Under the pieces are notes generated by a model. That model made no database searches and was not told the origin of the DNA. It saw only the letters and a program-made list of their open reading frames with translations. The translations under genes and the position numbers were made by a program. A stretch of DNA of 63,440 nucleotides, the filler included, from Stramenopiles sp. TOSAG23-3 (Eukaryota): assembly GCA_900128585.1 (NCBI GenBank). It is 20 parts of 20 records of this genome, joined end to end, with 100 filler letters (N's around TTAATTAATTAA, not from the genome) between each part and the next. Parts side by side here need not be neighbours in the genome. Positions count along the whole stretch, not along the records: positions 47,742 to 50,807 come from LT644435.1; positions 50,908 to 53,969 come from LT644436.1; positions 54,070 to 57,129 come from LT644437.1; positions 57,230 to 60,286 come from LT644438.1; positions 60,387 to 63,440 come from LT644439.1; 15 more parts are not named here. One strand, 5' to 3'. Position 1 is the first letter of the stretch, and every line of letters starts with the position of its first letter. Below, piece by piece: positions 49,904-62,511 of the stretch.

Positions 49904-50807
49904 ATGTCTACTGGAGGGACAATTATGAACGAAAGCAAAGGCGACTATGGGATTCTTGTCGACGCGGTCCTGGACGACGTTGAGAAGGACATCGTAACTC
50001 CGGCAGGCTACTCGTTCTCGAGGACGAAGTTTGGGGAGGATGACCTCCCCGCTAGTTTTATTGATAGTTACACGGACCGATTGTATAGATTTAGAAAGTG
50101 GGTGATTGGATTTTGGGTCGTCGTGCTTCTCGGAACGGGGTACTTTGCGCCGCAGCTCTTGAACAACACGAAGCTTACGTTTACCCCACCCTCTACCTCG
50201 CCAGCGGCGGCCGCCACGAGGGCCCTGGAAAAGTACTGCCCAAAGCAGGCAAACACGTCCAACATTGTCATTCTCGTAAAGACACTGGACAATACCGATA
50301 TTCGCTTGTCGGGCTCCGCAAAAGGGTTCTCCTTTGCGCTCAACACCTCCCTGTACAATTTATACGGGCCCGACTACCTCTGGGGCATCCAAGGGTATTT
50401 TCTGCTGGAAGCAGAGAGCCAACTCCTGACGTCGATCGCGGAAGAGTTGCTGGAGCACGACCCGACGACGGGGGGGTTGGCGGACCCGCCGACGTCGATG
50501 ATAATCGTTGTGTCGACCAAGGACAAAGTCACGTCCAAGTCGTCCATTAAGTTTGCCGACAAGCTCAGGAAGAACGTGAAAGTGCTGGCCTCGGTCACCT
50601 CGGGCGCCGACAACTCGGCGGCGGGGGCGATCTCCGTCACGCTGACCGGTCTCCCGGCCCTGTACTCTGGGATCATGGCGTCCACGATTTCGAACCTTGA
50701 AACCATGGACGCGATCGTGGTGCCCTTTGCCATGGTCATCCTGGCGGGCATCCTTCGGTCCTTTCGGTTCCTTACGATCTCGCTCTTCTCCTTGACGGTC
50801 TCCTTCG
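49904..50807 (+). CDS. MMPL-family (RND superfamily) transporter (3'-partial)
   Basis: TM1 RFRKWVIGFWVV, a lumenal domain, then VTLTGLPAL and TM2 IVVPFAMVILAGILRS. Confidence 0.75.
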
Positions 50808-50907
50808 NNNNNNNNNNNNNNNNNNNNNNNNNNNNNNNNNNNNNNNNNNNNTTAATTAATTAANNNNNNNNNNNNNNNNNNNNNNNNNNNNNNNNNNNNN
50901 NNNNNNN

Positions 50908-51399
50908 CATAATGAAATGGACACGGCCGAGTTAGACGCCGACATTGCGGCTGAGGAGGAGGCACGATTGGCCGCGGAAAAGGCTAAAGCAGAGGAGGAA
51001 GCTCGGCTTGCTGCGGAAAAGGCCAAAGCGGAGGAGGAAGCACGGTTGGCTCTTGAAGCAGCTGCTCGGAAAGCAGAAGAAGAAAGGGCCGCGCAGGAGG
51101 CAGCACTTAAGAAAATGCGGGAAGAAGAAGAGGCCCGACGCCTTGCAAAACTGAAACGAGAAGAGGAAGCAGCAGCAAATGCCCAAGTTGTGGTTGGCAC
51201 ACCAGTCGCCGTTGACGGAAGAAAAAAATCATGGATAGAGGAGATTATGCCTGATGGGCTCTGTTGTGGTGCAAGGGAAAGCGGCCCTCAAGCCGAACAG
51301 GACCGCGCAGAGATGAAAGCATTGCTCCAAACCGCGCGGTCTGCGGCCTACAAGGACGCCGGATCTGGAAAGTACTTAAAAATGAAAAATACGTCCTGA
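50908..51399 (+). CDS. Charged alpha-helical repeat protein (AEEEARLAAEKAK repeats), possibly 5'-partial
   Basis: Three copies of a 13-aa repeat, followed by a GLCCG motif (possible palmitoylation site). Confidence 0.6.
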   Translation, partial: HNEMDTAELDADIAAEEEARLAAEKAKAEEEARLAAEKAKAEEEARLALEAAARKAEEERAAQEAALKKMREEEEARRLAKLKREEEAAANAQVVVGTPVAVDGRKKSWIEEIMPDGLCCGARESGPQAEQDRAEMKALLQTARSAAYKDAGSGKYLKMKNTS

Positions 51400-51492
51400 A
51401 AAAAGAGAGAAATATTTTTTTAAAACACGAAAAAATGCATTTGTTTTAATTTTTGCTTTCAATATTATGTTAAATATTTTTTAGCTTACGTT

Positions 51493-53295
51493 TTAGAAAC
51501 CCTCGTTGTTCTGCAGCATGCCCTTTCCGTTGGTAGACTTTGCTTGGACGCGTTCAACTTCGTTTTTCTCGAACGCTTGGGCCTCGGCCATTGCGGACTT
51601 GCACCCACAGCTAGTTTCGTGGCATATTTGTTTTCTTATCTTCGACGGGTGGCGCTTGAAGTAGGGGGTCCTGTAGAGTTCTCCAATGCGAAGCATTACG
51701 CCCATGAAAAGGGGCTCGCCATCTCCGCCCTCTGGCTTGCTCGCCAATTCCTTGAAGATTTTCCCAACCTCTGTCTGGTCCAGGGGAAGCTTCTTTTCCT
51801 TCGTTTCGACGAGCATTCGAACAATGTCCCCATTGCAGTAGTCAACGTCCTCCTGCGTGATGCCTTTGCCGCAGTGGCAGTTGGAAACTTCCTCCTTGGC
51901 AATGCACACTTCGTAGCCCTCCGTTTCGAGCCCTTGTATTAGGTCCTCCTCCGCTTTCTTGTTCATCACCACGTGCCAACTCATCGTTCCCGGTTTTGCC
52001 TCTTTGAAAATGGTTTCGTACTTTGTCACAAACGGGTGAATCGACGCCTCGCACTTCTGGCAGTGGGAACTCGACCACATCTGTTTGCAAAGGCTGTTTT
52101 CGGAAATGAGTTCCCGGGGTGCAGTCAATATGCCCGAGGTGGAACGTTTCGTAAATAGGGACAGGGCCTTTTTCATGCTCTTCGCGACATTTTGCCACAC
52201 TGCGGGCGGGGCATTTGGGATTTTCATGCGGTCCCAGTTCAGGCTCAGTGCATTTGTCTCCGGGTTCCGGACAATATCAAAACTAAATATGGGCGACGAA
52301 GGCAATTTGTACGGTCCAATGGGCTTCCAAAGCCCGAACAGCCCGGGGAGGTTAAGGTTGGCACTTTGCACCATTTGCAGCGATGCTTTCTTAAATTCTC
52401 CCTTCAAGATATCCCCGTCCGCCACTGCGTCCCAAGCGATGCAATACTTCCCCATGGACTTGATGTAGCCTGGGTAATTCCAGTAGCCCCCACTATACTT
52501 GGAGAGCATTTTAAACACTTGGTTCATTGGCGTCGCGACTCCGCCGCCGACCATGAACGTCAAAAGGTCCAGCATCGACACGCAGTACCCGCCTTTCGGT
52601 GCGCTGCCCAACGACTTGGTGAATATTGGGTTGAATCCTGCGACCCTCCCCAGCTCCTTGTCCGGGTTCTTGTGGTTGAGCCCGACCTGAAGCTTAAGCC
52701 CAACGGGGATCCCCACAGCCTGAAACACTTGCTGAAGCACTTCGTTCGAGCCAAACTTGTCCCCAATCCCAAACATTCGCTCGTGCTCTGCCTTCGACAA
52801 ACGAAACACCTTCAGCCCCGTCCCTACTTCTGCGCGTTGCCTCGCGGCCATTTGGAGCAAGCTGAGTTTCGACGGCCGCTTCCGACCTTGGCACGTTCGG
52901 TCTATAAAGTTCTTGGCCTGGGAGAGGGAACATTTTTTGTGCGCCTCTGTGCTGCTCTTTTGCATTTTCAAAAACCAAGACTCCCCAGTGTGCCGTTTGC
53001 ACATGACGTCTTTTAACTTCTCTGTTCGCCAGTTTTGCTTGCAGCCGTTGAGGGACGCGTAGGCCAAGCCTGCAACGTTGTCGACCGAACGGGCGACTAC
53101 ACTGTCCGCCAGGTCCGTCGTGCCCGCGAACTTGTAGCACACGGTAGCTCCCACCCCTGGTATAGGGTAAGGAAGGCAGTGCAACCCTTGGACTTTCTTC
53201 AACAGATCCGAGACCCCTTCCGTTTCCACTTTGGAAGACAACCCAACGCCTGCCACCAGGACAGCCACCAAAATAAACAGGCCGTTCACAAACAT
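51493..53295 (-). CDS. Secreted Cys-containing protein of unknown function
   Basis: 600-aa intronless ORF with a signal peptide and paired cysteines at both ends. Confidence 0.75.
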   Translation of the reverse strand: MFVNGLFILVAVLVAGVGLSSKVETEGVSDLLKKVQGLHCLPYPIPGVGATVCYKFAGTTDLADSVVARSVDNVAGLAYASLNGCKQNWRTEKLKDVMCKRHTGESWFLKMQKSSTEAHKKCSLSQAKNFIDRTCQGRKRPSKLSLLQMAARQRAEVGTGLKVFRLSKAEHERMFGIGDKFGSNEVLQQVFQAVGIPVGLKLQVGLNHKNPDKELGRVAGFNPIFTKSLGSAPKGGYCVSMLDLLTFMVGGGVATPMNQVFKMLSKYSGGYWNYPGYIKSMGKYCIAWDAVADGDILKGEFKKASLQMVQSANLNLPGLFGLWKPIGPYKLPSSPIFSFDIVRNPETNALSLNWDRMKIPNAPPAVWQNVAKSMKKALSLFTKRSTSGILTAPRELISENSLCKQMWSSSHCQKCEASIHPFVTKYETIFKEAKPGTMSWHVVMNKKAEEDLIQGLETEGYEVCIAKEEVSNCHCGKGITQEDVDYCNGDIVRMLVETKEKKLPLDQTEVGKIFKELASKPEGGDGEPLFMGVMLRIGELYRTPYFKRHPSKIRKQICHETSCGCKSAMAEAQAFEKNEVERVQAKSTNGKGMLQNNEGF

Positions 53296-53773
53296 ATTAA
53301 TAGATATTTACTACTTTTCTTGGACCTTCGCGCGAACAGAGAAATATGAACACAGAACAATCGCCAAACAAACAAGCAACTCCCACAAGACGTTCCTTAA
53401 CCTTTTGTACCCACACCAGGAAAGAAACAGAATGAAAATATACTTTTCATTTCTAAATCCTTTTTATTGTATCAGAAGAAAAGAAAGAAAGAAAGAAAGA
53501 AAGAAAGCTCAAAACGCGGAGGAAGAAGAAGAATCCATAATTAAGGTTTATTACTTCATTTAATTATATTATTGTTCATTATCTAAATAAGTATTTATTC
53601 ACTATTTAAACAGACATGTATCAATATTAACCTTAATTAAATAAGTTCGGATTCCGAGGATTCTTTCTTCCTCCTCTTTTCTTTCTTTCTCTTCTCTTCT
53701 CTTCCTCTTTCTTCTCCTCTATATATTTATATTATATATTTAGACTACACAACCTACTTCCTATAATATACAA

Positions 53774-53969
53774 AAAAACAAAAAAAGAAAGAAGAAGAAA
53801 GAAGAAAGAAAAGAAGAGAAGAAAAGAAGAAAAGAAGAAAAGAAGAAAACAAAAAAAGAAGGAAGAAGAAGAAGAAAAAGAAGAAAGAAAAAGAAGAAGA
53901 AGAAGAAAGAAGAAGAAAGAAGAAGAAAGAAGAAGAAAGAAGAAGAAAGAAGAAGAAAGAAGAAGAAAG
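53774..53969. repeat. (GAA/GAAA)n low-complexity tract at the contig end
   Basis: Seen directly in the sequence. Confidence 0.9.
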
Positions 53970-54069
53970 NNNNNNNNNNNNNNNNNNNNNNNNNNNNNNN
54001 NNNNNNNNNNNNNTTAATTAATTAANNNNNNNNNNNNNNNNNNNNNNNNNNNNNNNNNNNNNNNNNNNN

Positions 54070-57060
54070 GGTGCGGGTACGACTACGACCGTATTTCCGT
54101 ACATGCTGATAGAAGAAGTTGTGAGTGGTACCCGTGTGGGCGGTAACATTACTATATCTTATGGCACTTTGCAACCTGAAGTAGCAAATGCTGATCCTAG
54201 GGTGGGGGGTGTGCAAACTGTTGAAAGCGCTGTAACGAAACTAGTGCGACAGTTCTATGACCAGTTGAGTATACCGGATATGGTTGATTTGAATGTAACA
54301 CGTTATGGGCCAGACCATGACGGTGGCTATAAATGGAGAGTCAACATTAAGCTGCCCAATACTTTAAAAATGGCTGCCCCATTTCAACCGTTTCAAGTGT
54401 CATCTGGCGCTCTGGGCTGCAACCAAGGGCAAGATAGTTTACTTTGTTCGCCTACCGTTTCCGTGATTGAAGAGCAGAAAGGAATGCTGCCAAAAATCCA
54501 GAGTGTAGAAGTCTATAATAATGTTATTAGGCGCACTCAAAAATTGGTAGTAGCCTCACAGGCTTATGAAGACGAAGTACAGATGATTAATTTGACCTCT
54601 GTTTCTGCCTTGCGGGGCCATTTCCAGCTCAGTTATCGATTTGAAACAACTGGCTTGATACCGGTTTCTGCCAAATCGAGTGCTATAGAACAAGAACTAT
54701 CTCATCTGTCTGGATTGCACAATGTAAGCGTGTCTAAGCCTCATAGTGCAATATCAAAATGGTTAGTTACGTTTGGGGGGCATTCTGGAGACGTTCCAAA
54801 TTTACAAGGCAATATATCGTTCGTTTCTGCTGTCGCGCCCTCTATGCTTGTAACCGAAGTAACGAAAGGAGTCTCTTGTGAACAGCAAAGCATAACAGTG
54901 TCAAACCCATCGCAACTTTCGGGCACATTGAAGTGCACTTTTGGGACATCGCCAGAAATTTTGATTGGAGCCAGGGCAAGCGAAAAGGAATTTAATGAAG
55001 CGTTCTCAGCAGCTTTGGAAATGGGAGACATAAACGTTTCCCGAAGTACAGAAATGCTGGGCTATGCGCCCTTCACAACATGGGTCATTACTTTTATCAA
55101 CTATGTAGGAAATGCCCCTACAATCCAATGTCAAAATAATTCTTTAGTTGCGCATTCTTTAATTGAGGTAAAGACTTCAGTCGACGGGGCCGCTGTTCCC
55201 GCCTCTGGGAGTGTATCTGTCGGCATCGATGGGTTGACGCAGGGAACAGTGGACCCCGTGTACGATGTAGAAGACTACCTGCTTTTGGATATGTCGAAGT
55301 CGGTTTCACAACTATCGCTCAAGATAAGCAATTTTGATTTTTGGTTGCAACAAGTATTTGTTTTAAGCTCCAATGTTGGTCTCGATATAACAGGAGGAAT
55401 AGTAAAAGAACGATATGGGTACGGGAGCGCTGGGTATGCCGGTTATTCTTATACTTTTACATCTTTAAACAAAGTTTTCAATGAACCAAAATTATCTGTG
55501 TTCTCTCAAGTTGATGTGTCTGGAACCAACACTTTTGCTGAAGTTCGAACTGTTCGAAACGGTACCGAGCAAGAGATTCAGGTAGTTTATGCTAGCAACT
55601 CGGGGGGGCAACCAAGCGGTCGATTTTTCTTCGAATTCAATGGAGAGGAAACCAGATACTTAGACATTGTCACTGAGGCGACTAAATTTGATGTCACAAC
55701 CGCTCTTAGCGCTCTTCCGTCGTTATCAGGGGACGATATTGATGTCAGTATTAAAAATATTGGAAATTCTATCGAGTTTGCAATTACTTTCGCAAACTCT
55801 TTAGCAGGGTCTTCCAAACATTCTGTAGAAAAATGTGTGTACGATTCCTATGCGCGGCAATGTAAACAATCATTTGACCAGTATGAGTGTAGAGAGCATG
55901 ATGGCAACAAAGCAGACTGCCCGCTCAAGAAATGTGCATGGGATGAAGGCACTCAACACTGCCGACAGGGGGCTGATCATTTTGACTGTAGAATTCACGA
56001 TAATGATCGCTTAGCATGTGGCAGTGAAGGTTACACATTCCCAATCATTAAGGCTATCCCGGTTCTAAAAGATGCAGATACAAGCAAACACTTTGTTGGC
56101 GATTTGGATGTATGTCCCAGTATACCGGGTGTCAAGAATTGCTCAAAGAGCACGCTAGCGCCCCTTGAAGGAACTTTCAGTTTGATAGCGGATGGTTACA
56201 AATCTAACCCGCTGCCTGCGAATGCTAGTGCCTTGGCTGTGAAAGATGTGCTTGAAAGCCTACCGACCATTGGTGCTGTTTCTGTTGAACGTAATCTGTT
56301 AAGTCACTTCACAGATGGTAATTCCGTTGACCAATATAAATATGGGTACCAATGGCTGATCACGTACGTGGAGCGGAACAACGATGTTCCATTGTTAAAG
56401 ATTGACACGCAGAAGTTGTACACGTCTGGTTCTCTGGTAACAAATTCTGTTGCATTAAGAAACAGCTCTGGGACATGCTGCTTGGCTGGTACTTTCAAGA
56501 TCGCATACGATTCATTTAGTTCTAAACTTCCAGGCAAAGTGCACGCTGTCAAGGGTTCGCCTGTAATAGAAACCTCGGTTGACCTTCGCCAGTATTTGGT
56601 TAGGGGTGCAACAATAAGAATCGAAAATGTGTTTTACAAAGTACAAGAAATTGGTGTTTTCAGCGACACCCACATTACATTGGATTCGAAGTTTACTGGG
56701 CTGGACTCTCCAACAGCCGGAAACGACGCGTACTATAGACAGTATACCACTGCCCTGCCGTTTAACGCAACTGGTACAGAAGTTAGAGATGCCCTAGAAA
56801 CGTTAAATGGTATAGGTGAGGTGGGAGTCTCTCGCAACGATGGAGATGTCAACAACGGCTTTACATGGACAGTAACATTTTTCACTTTAAGAGGGCATGT
56901 GACCCCCTTGATGATTGATTCTTTGCAGCTCACGGGAGTAGCCAATAATGTTGTTGTTGATGAGGGTTGTAAAGGATCTGTCCCAACTGTTCAGACTGTA
57001 AAGACAACGGCATCGACTGTCTTAAAAGGTGAGTTTATGCTAAAATTCAGGGGTGTTACT
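54070..57060 (+). CDS. Fragment of a giant extracellular beta-rich repeat protein
   Basis: Repeated ~100-aa units: EVQ..G.F.L....T..I...A....V..AL..L..IG.V.VSR.....W.VTF. Confidence 0.8.
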
Positions 57061-57231
57061 GATGCAAGAACCACTTGGTCGTAATATTGAAAATATAAGT
57101 CATCAGACGTGAAACCCTGATCGTCACGANNNNNNNNNNNNNNNNNNNNNNNNNNNNNNNNNNNNNNNNNNNNTTAATTAATTAANNNNNNNNNNNNNNN
57201 NNNNNNNNNNNNNNNNNNNNNNNNNNNNNCT

Positions 57232-60200
57232 ATTTATCTTACGAACGGCGCTACATTCGAAGGTGAATGGAACACGTTTGTTGGAAATAAAGCGACGGAC
57301 TATGGTGGCGCAATTTTTCTTAATTCAGGAAGTGTTGTCTCAAGTACACATTCATCCTTTACGGGTAATTCTGCAGGAGATCAAGGAGGTGCTATTTGTG
57401 CCATTGGTAATAATGCTGTCCCGCCTACTCAATTGAAATTATACAGGGTTAAGTTGATGAGGAACAAACAAACTGCTGTAGTTACGAACCATGCAAAAAG
57501 GGGTGGCGGTGGACTTTTCATAGGTAATGATAATTTAACTGTGAATATTAGAGAGTGTACGTTTGTACGAAATGAGGCAATGGCAATAATAAAATTATCT
57601 GAACAAGAAAGTGTACAGAGTGGTCATCAAATTATGACGTATAAATCGAGTTCTGGGAGCCTCAACCTCACAATTGTGAATACAAATTTTACTGACGTTG
57701 AAGGGCAGTTACCATTTAGTGGGGGAAACGGTTATGCAGTGGGCGTCCCTATATACGTAAAACCGACCAACTGCGATTCCGAAGTAAACCCTTGCTCTGT
57801 GTTTCCCTTCACCGGGGAGTGTGTCTTAAATGCCGATCCAAACCAAGGGGTTATGTGCGACCCTCCCGCTTGCCCGACCGGCTCCTACAACCAGTTTATA
57901 TCGACACCGTTGCCGCCGCCGTTGGACACGGAGTCGAAAGATCTGTGCGGCGAAACGATGCCTGAGTTTTCGTGCTCGACGTTGCCCACGCGGGGGGTCT
58001 ACCAACGGTCCCAGAACTGCACGCTGGAAGGTGAAGTTCATGTGTTGGGAGACTTGTCGGTAACTGGGCAGGAAACGGTGTACTCTACACTGACGGCGAA
58101 GAGCGGGATGCGGCATTTTAAGATTACTAGTGGGGCACCTACACTGCGATTAAAATGGTTGCGGATGACAGGTGGGAATGTTGAAGATAAGAGTGGGTTA
58201 GAGAGGAATGGTGGTTCCATTTTTGTTTACAATGTACGTGCCATTTTGAATATATCCCATTGTGTCTTTTCCAATAATCGTGCTACTTATGGTGGGGCTG
58301 TCTTAACTCTGTTCGGACAACCTACTCTCTTTTTCAGTCATGTTTTATTTGCATTAAATACTGCAACGTATCACGGAGGCGCGGTGCATTTAGAACCCGC
58401 GACATTTGAAGGTAAATGGAATACGTTTCATAAAAATACAGGACGGTATGGTGGTGCAATTTCTGTTCATTCAGGTTCTGTTTTCTCAAGTACGTATTCA
58501 ACGTTTACCAATAATAATGCAGAATATCGCGGAGGAGCTATGTTTGTATACAGTGATTCCACCAAGCCCTATTCTCAATTGAATTTGACACGGGTCTTAT
58601 TGACTGAAAATACACAAACAAGTGGAGGGACCTCGTTTTTACGTGGTGGTGGTGGACTTGCTTTGGACTCTCACGTCACTGCGAATATTAGAGAATGTAC
58701 GTTTGTAAAAAACAGAGCAACGACTGGAGTGGACGGGGAGCAGCATGGGCATCAGATTATGACATTTAAATCGGATGATGGGATTCCCTCTATCACCGTT
58801 GTCAACACGAATTTTACCGACATTGCAGGGTCGTATCCCTTCTATGGCTACGACCGTATCGCAAATACGAATGGCGAAGACAAGTACATAAAGCCAACCG
58901 CCTGCACCTCCAACCCTTGTTCTGCTTTACCCTTTACCGGGGAATGTTTCAATCATAGTGCTGGTGTTTTGTGTGGAATTGCTGACGATTACATCCCAAC
59001 GTGTTCATTGGGACGAGTGAAAGCAAACGTTTCCACAGATTTGCTACCTCCGCAGCTTTGCGTGTGCCCAGAAAATATGTATTTCAACGGGACTACATGC
59101 CTTTGGGCGGCAAAAATTATTAGTATGAAGCCGGAAAGTCCTGTCCCCAACAGCGCCCAACCTGTATCCTTTGTTTGCAGCAATTGTGAAGGGACTACCA
59201 TCGGCTTGACCATGGGACACGACCAGTGGACCAACATCACAAAAATATCCTCCACAACCATCACGGCCATACCGCCCCAAGGAATTACTGGGCAACTCTA
59301 CCCGCTCTACTTGATCGTAGACGGCATCCAAGCCACGGAGGCTTTTAAGTTCTCCTACATGGCCCCAAACATCACGACAGTCATCTCCCCGCCCTTCGCC
59401 GGGGGCATTGTAACAATTCTAGGCGAGCACTTCGGGTCTAAACTGAACGAGATAACAACATCCGTCTCCGGAGAGGGCGCATGCCCCGTCCCCTGCAGCC
59501 AAACACAATGGATCAAAGGCGGCGTTGCCTGCCTCTACGACGTTCCGGGTTCAAAGGGCTCGGCGATGAATGTCTACCTCACGGTCGGCCCCGAGGGGCA
59601 TGAGCAGCCGAGCAACTTGGCCACTTACCGGTACGAATTCGACGCCCTGCCACCCTCCCGCCCAATCGTTACCGTTGGAATCAACCTGTTTGTGATGGCC
59701 CTAAAATGGAGCGATCAAAGCAACGTGGGTTCTTACGAAGTTCAGTGGAGCGAGAACCTTGAATTCGGGGACAAGGCAAACATGACCCGGACCAATGCCC
59801 CTGAAATAGAGTTGGAGGTTCCCAACTCCCTTGCCACAAATGTAGTGTACGTCCGTGTCAAGAAAGTGAAGTTGGGGGAAGCAAGCGATTGGTCCGTTGT
59901 GTCGACCGCATGGACCACCACCAGCACCTGCGATATTGCCAACCAATACTTGGATGCCGCCTCCAGCGACCCGCTGCAATGGAAGTGCGCGGAATGCCCC
60001 GAGGGCGCCTCCTGCATTGGCGATACGACATGGAAGGAGGTGAAGGCCCTGTTTGGCTGGTGGCGGCATTCCATGGGGCCCCGGAGCAATTTTTCCGAGT
60101 GTCTGTTTCCACCAGCCTGCCTAGGGGCCAGCAATCCAGTCTTTCGAGGTGAATTTGTCAATGCTTCCGGCTCCGATCCCTCCATGGCGGATAACCCAGA

Positions 60201-60286
60201 GCAGTGTGCTCTTCGCGATGGCTATGCCCAAGCATGCGATGGCGACGGTTCTCCTCGCTGTCGGCTATGCGCCACCTGCGCAAATG
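57232..60286 (+). CDS. Large adhesin-like surface protein: Pmp-like beta-helix modules, IPT/TIG-like, FN3-like and Cys-rich domains (partial at both ends)
   Basis: Repeated F..N.A..GGA(I/V/M) motifs, VTILGEHFG, LKWSD...YEVQWS, CAECPEGASC and CRLCATC. Confidence 0.8.
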
Positions 60287-62511
60287 NNNNNNNNNNNNNN
60301 NNNNNNNNNNNNNNNNNNNNNNNNNNNNNNTTAATTAATTAANNNNNNNNNNNNNNNNNNNNNNNNNNNNNNNNNNNNNNNNNNNNAAATGATTATAAAC
60401 AAAGGGATATATAATATAACTTAGGCTAACTGTGTGTTGTTTTTTCTGTGGGGATTGTGTTTCTTCTTCAATGAAACATTTTAACTTGTTTGTTTTTGGT
60501 CGCGCGATCGTTTACTCAATGAACTGTTGCGGTGCTAAAGGACGATCGATGACTAAGAAAGAGTATCCCATGCTGTGTGGTGTTCGTATCTTCCTTAATC
60601 TTCTTCTTCTTGATTTGGGTGAGTTGGTTTCTCCGGTTTCTCTGCTGTGTCCCTGTTAATCGTTAATATCGACAATTTCCATCTTCTTCTTTCTTCGCGA
60701 ACTAAAAATGTCGAGTTTCCAATCTTGAATGACGTGAACAACGTTTCCGGTTGAATTCGCCAAACAACCACCTAATCTTCGAATATGTCAATATGAATGA
60801 CATGTGCTTGTTCTAGCTGAAATAGGCAAAAGATAAACACCGGTTGTGACGAAATGATGATGTTTTTCTGTTATTTTTCAAAATATTGTCTTTATGTACA
60901 TTTTGTATTGTAAATCTCCCTGGCCCGAATTAATGTTCCAGGAACCCTGTTAGGACTAACTAGTACTACCTTCCCCCTCTAACTTACATATAATACCTTA
61001 ATCAATTCTATTTGTCTACTACAATACTAATTACTCCTTATTTCGTGATTTTAAAAACCCTTTTTTTTCTTTCCAGTGTCACCACCACCAGGGAATATTT
61101 TATTAAACCCAGTAACGAAAATCATTATTCCAAATGATGATGCTATTTTGAATATGGAGAGTGTATGAATAGGGACTAAAACTCATCAATTGTAACCCAT
61201 GTACTAAAATTAGCAGGCGTTCTGATCGCCACTTGCTTTTTTAGATAATGCTTTTTTAAATAAATACCGTAACTATTTCCCTTCTCTTTTTGAAGTATTT
61301 ATCGTCCTTTCCTCCGGCGAAGCACCATATCGTAAATTCTTCTACCATTTTCATGATTTATTGCACTATTGTCCAAAATATTGAAGAGGGTAGTGAACAC
61401 TATACAATCTATATGGTAAACACCATTTCGTTACGAAAAGAGGCTATGCAGGTTCCTCTGGTGTCATAAATTATTTTGATTTCCGTAGTTTCCATTTGTG
61501 AAATTTGTTTGAAGTGGACACAACAATCATATTTGGGGACAAGAATCAACAGAGACCACCAAACAGGAGCAACCCTCTGCGTCTATTGTGGCGTGGGACC
61601 GCCAGCAAAATCGACGGCTAGAAAGAAATCTGGTGCTTCAGTTGGTCGTCCTGGGCGAGAATCGTTGCTTGTTATTATAAATAAAACGAAATTTCACGCT
61701 CTTTCCGAATTTGTTACGACACATTTTGGACGAAATGGTATTGTTTGTCGCTTGAAGTAGTGAACTCTGTGCGCTGGGACGCCGCCCCGGCAGATCGTTG
61801 ACAGGGACGTGATGTGGAAACACCAACAAAACGGTGTTTGGAAAGAATTCTAAACAAAAAATTTTGGCCGTCCTGGGAGTTTTGTGGTCTGTTGATGTGA
61901 ATAACACGGACGTTCACACTCCTTGCAATTCTTTAAAAATAATTTCCCCGAGAAACGGTCATGTTTATTGGGTGAAAAGAACAAATCAGAAATTCAGCGA
62001 ATGAGAATGAATTCCTTCACTAAAATTCAGTGGTAAAATCAAATCTCTTATTATGTACTTAAATTATAATATAATATTCTAACAAATATGTTCGCCTATA
62101 TAAACAAGCATTGAGTCCAATTCTTGTACTTCTTTAAGGAATTATTAATAGGTATATATAAATGTATGCTACAGCATGTATAAAAATACGTTAAGAAAAT
62201 CAGATCGCGATCAGAAGAACGAATTTACGGTAAATAAAACAACTTCGTGTACTAGACAATTAGCTAATAAAAGAAAGAAGATCGAAAAAACGTCAGAACT
62301 ATGACAACACATTATTCTGAACATGAATTATTTACACAACTGTTGCTCCACATTTTTGAGACGAAAAGTGATTGTACTTATTTCGCTTTGGGAACGCCTT
62401 GTTGCGCAACTTCTTCAAAAGCGTACTTCGGTGTGAAAGTGGCAATAATTTTATTATTGTCTTTGAATTTATTTACGTAGACAGCGCCATCACATATAAC
62501 ACCTGGTTGAA

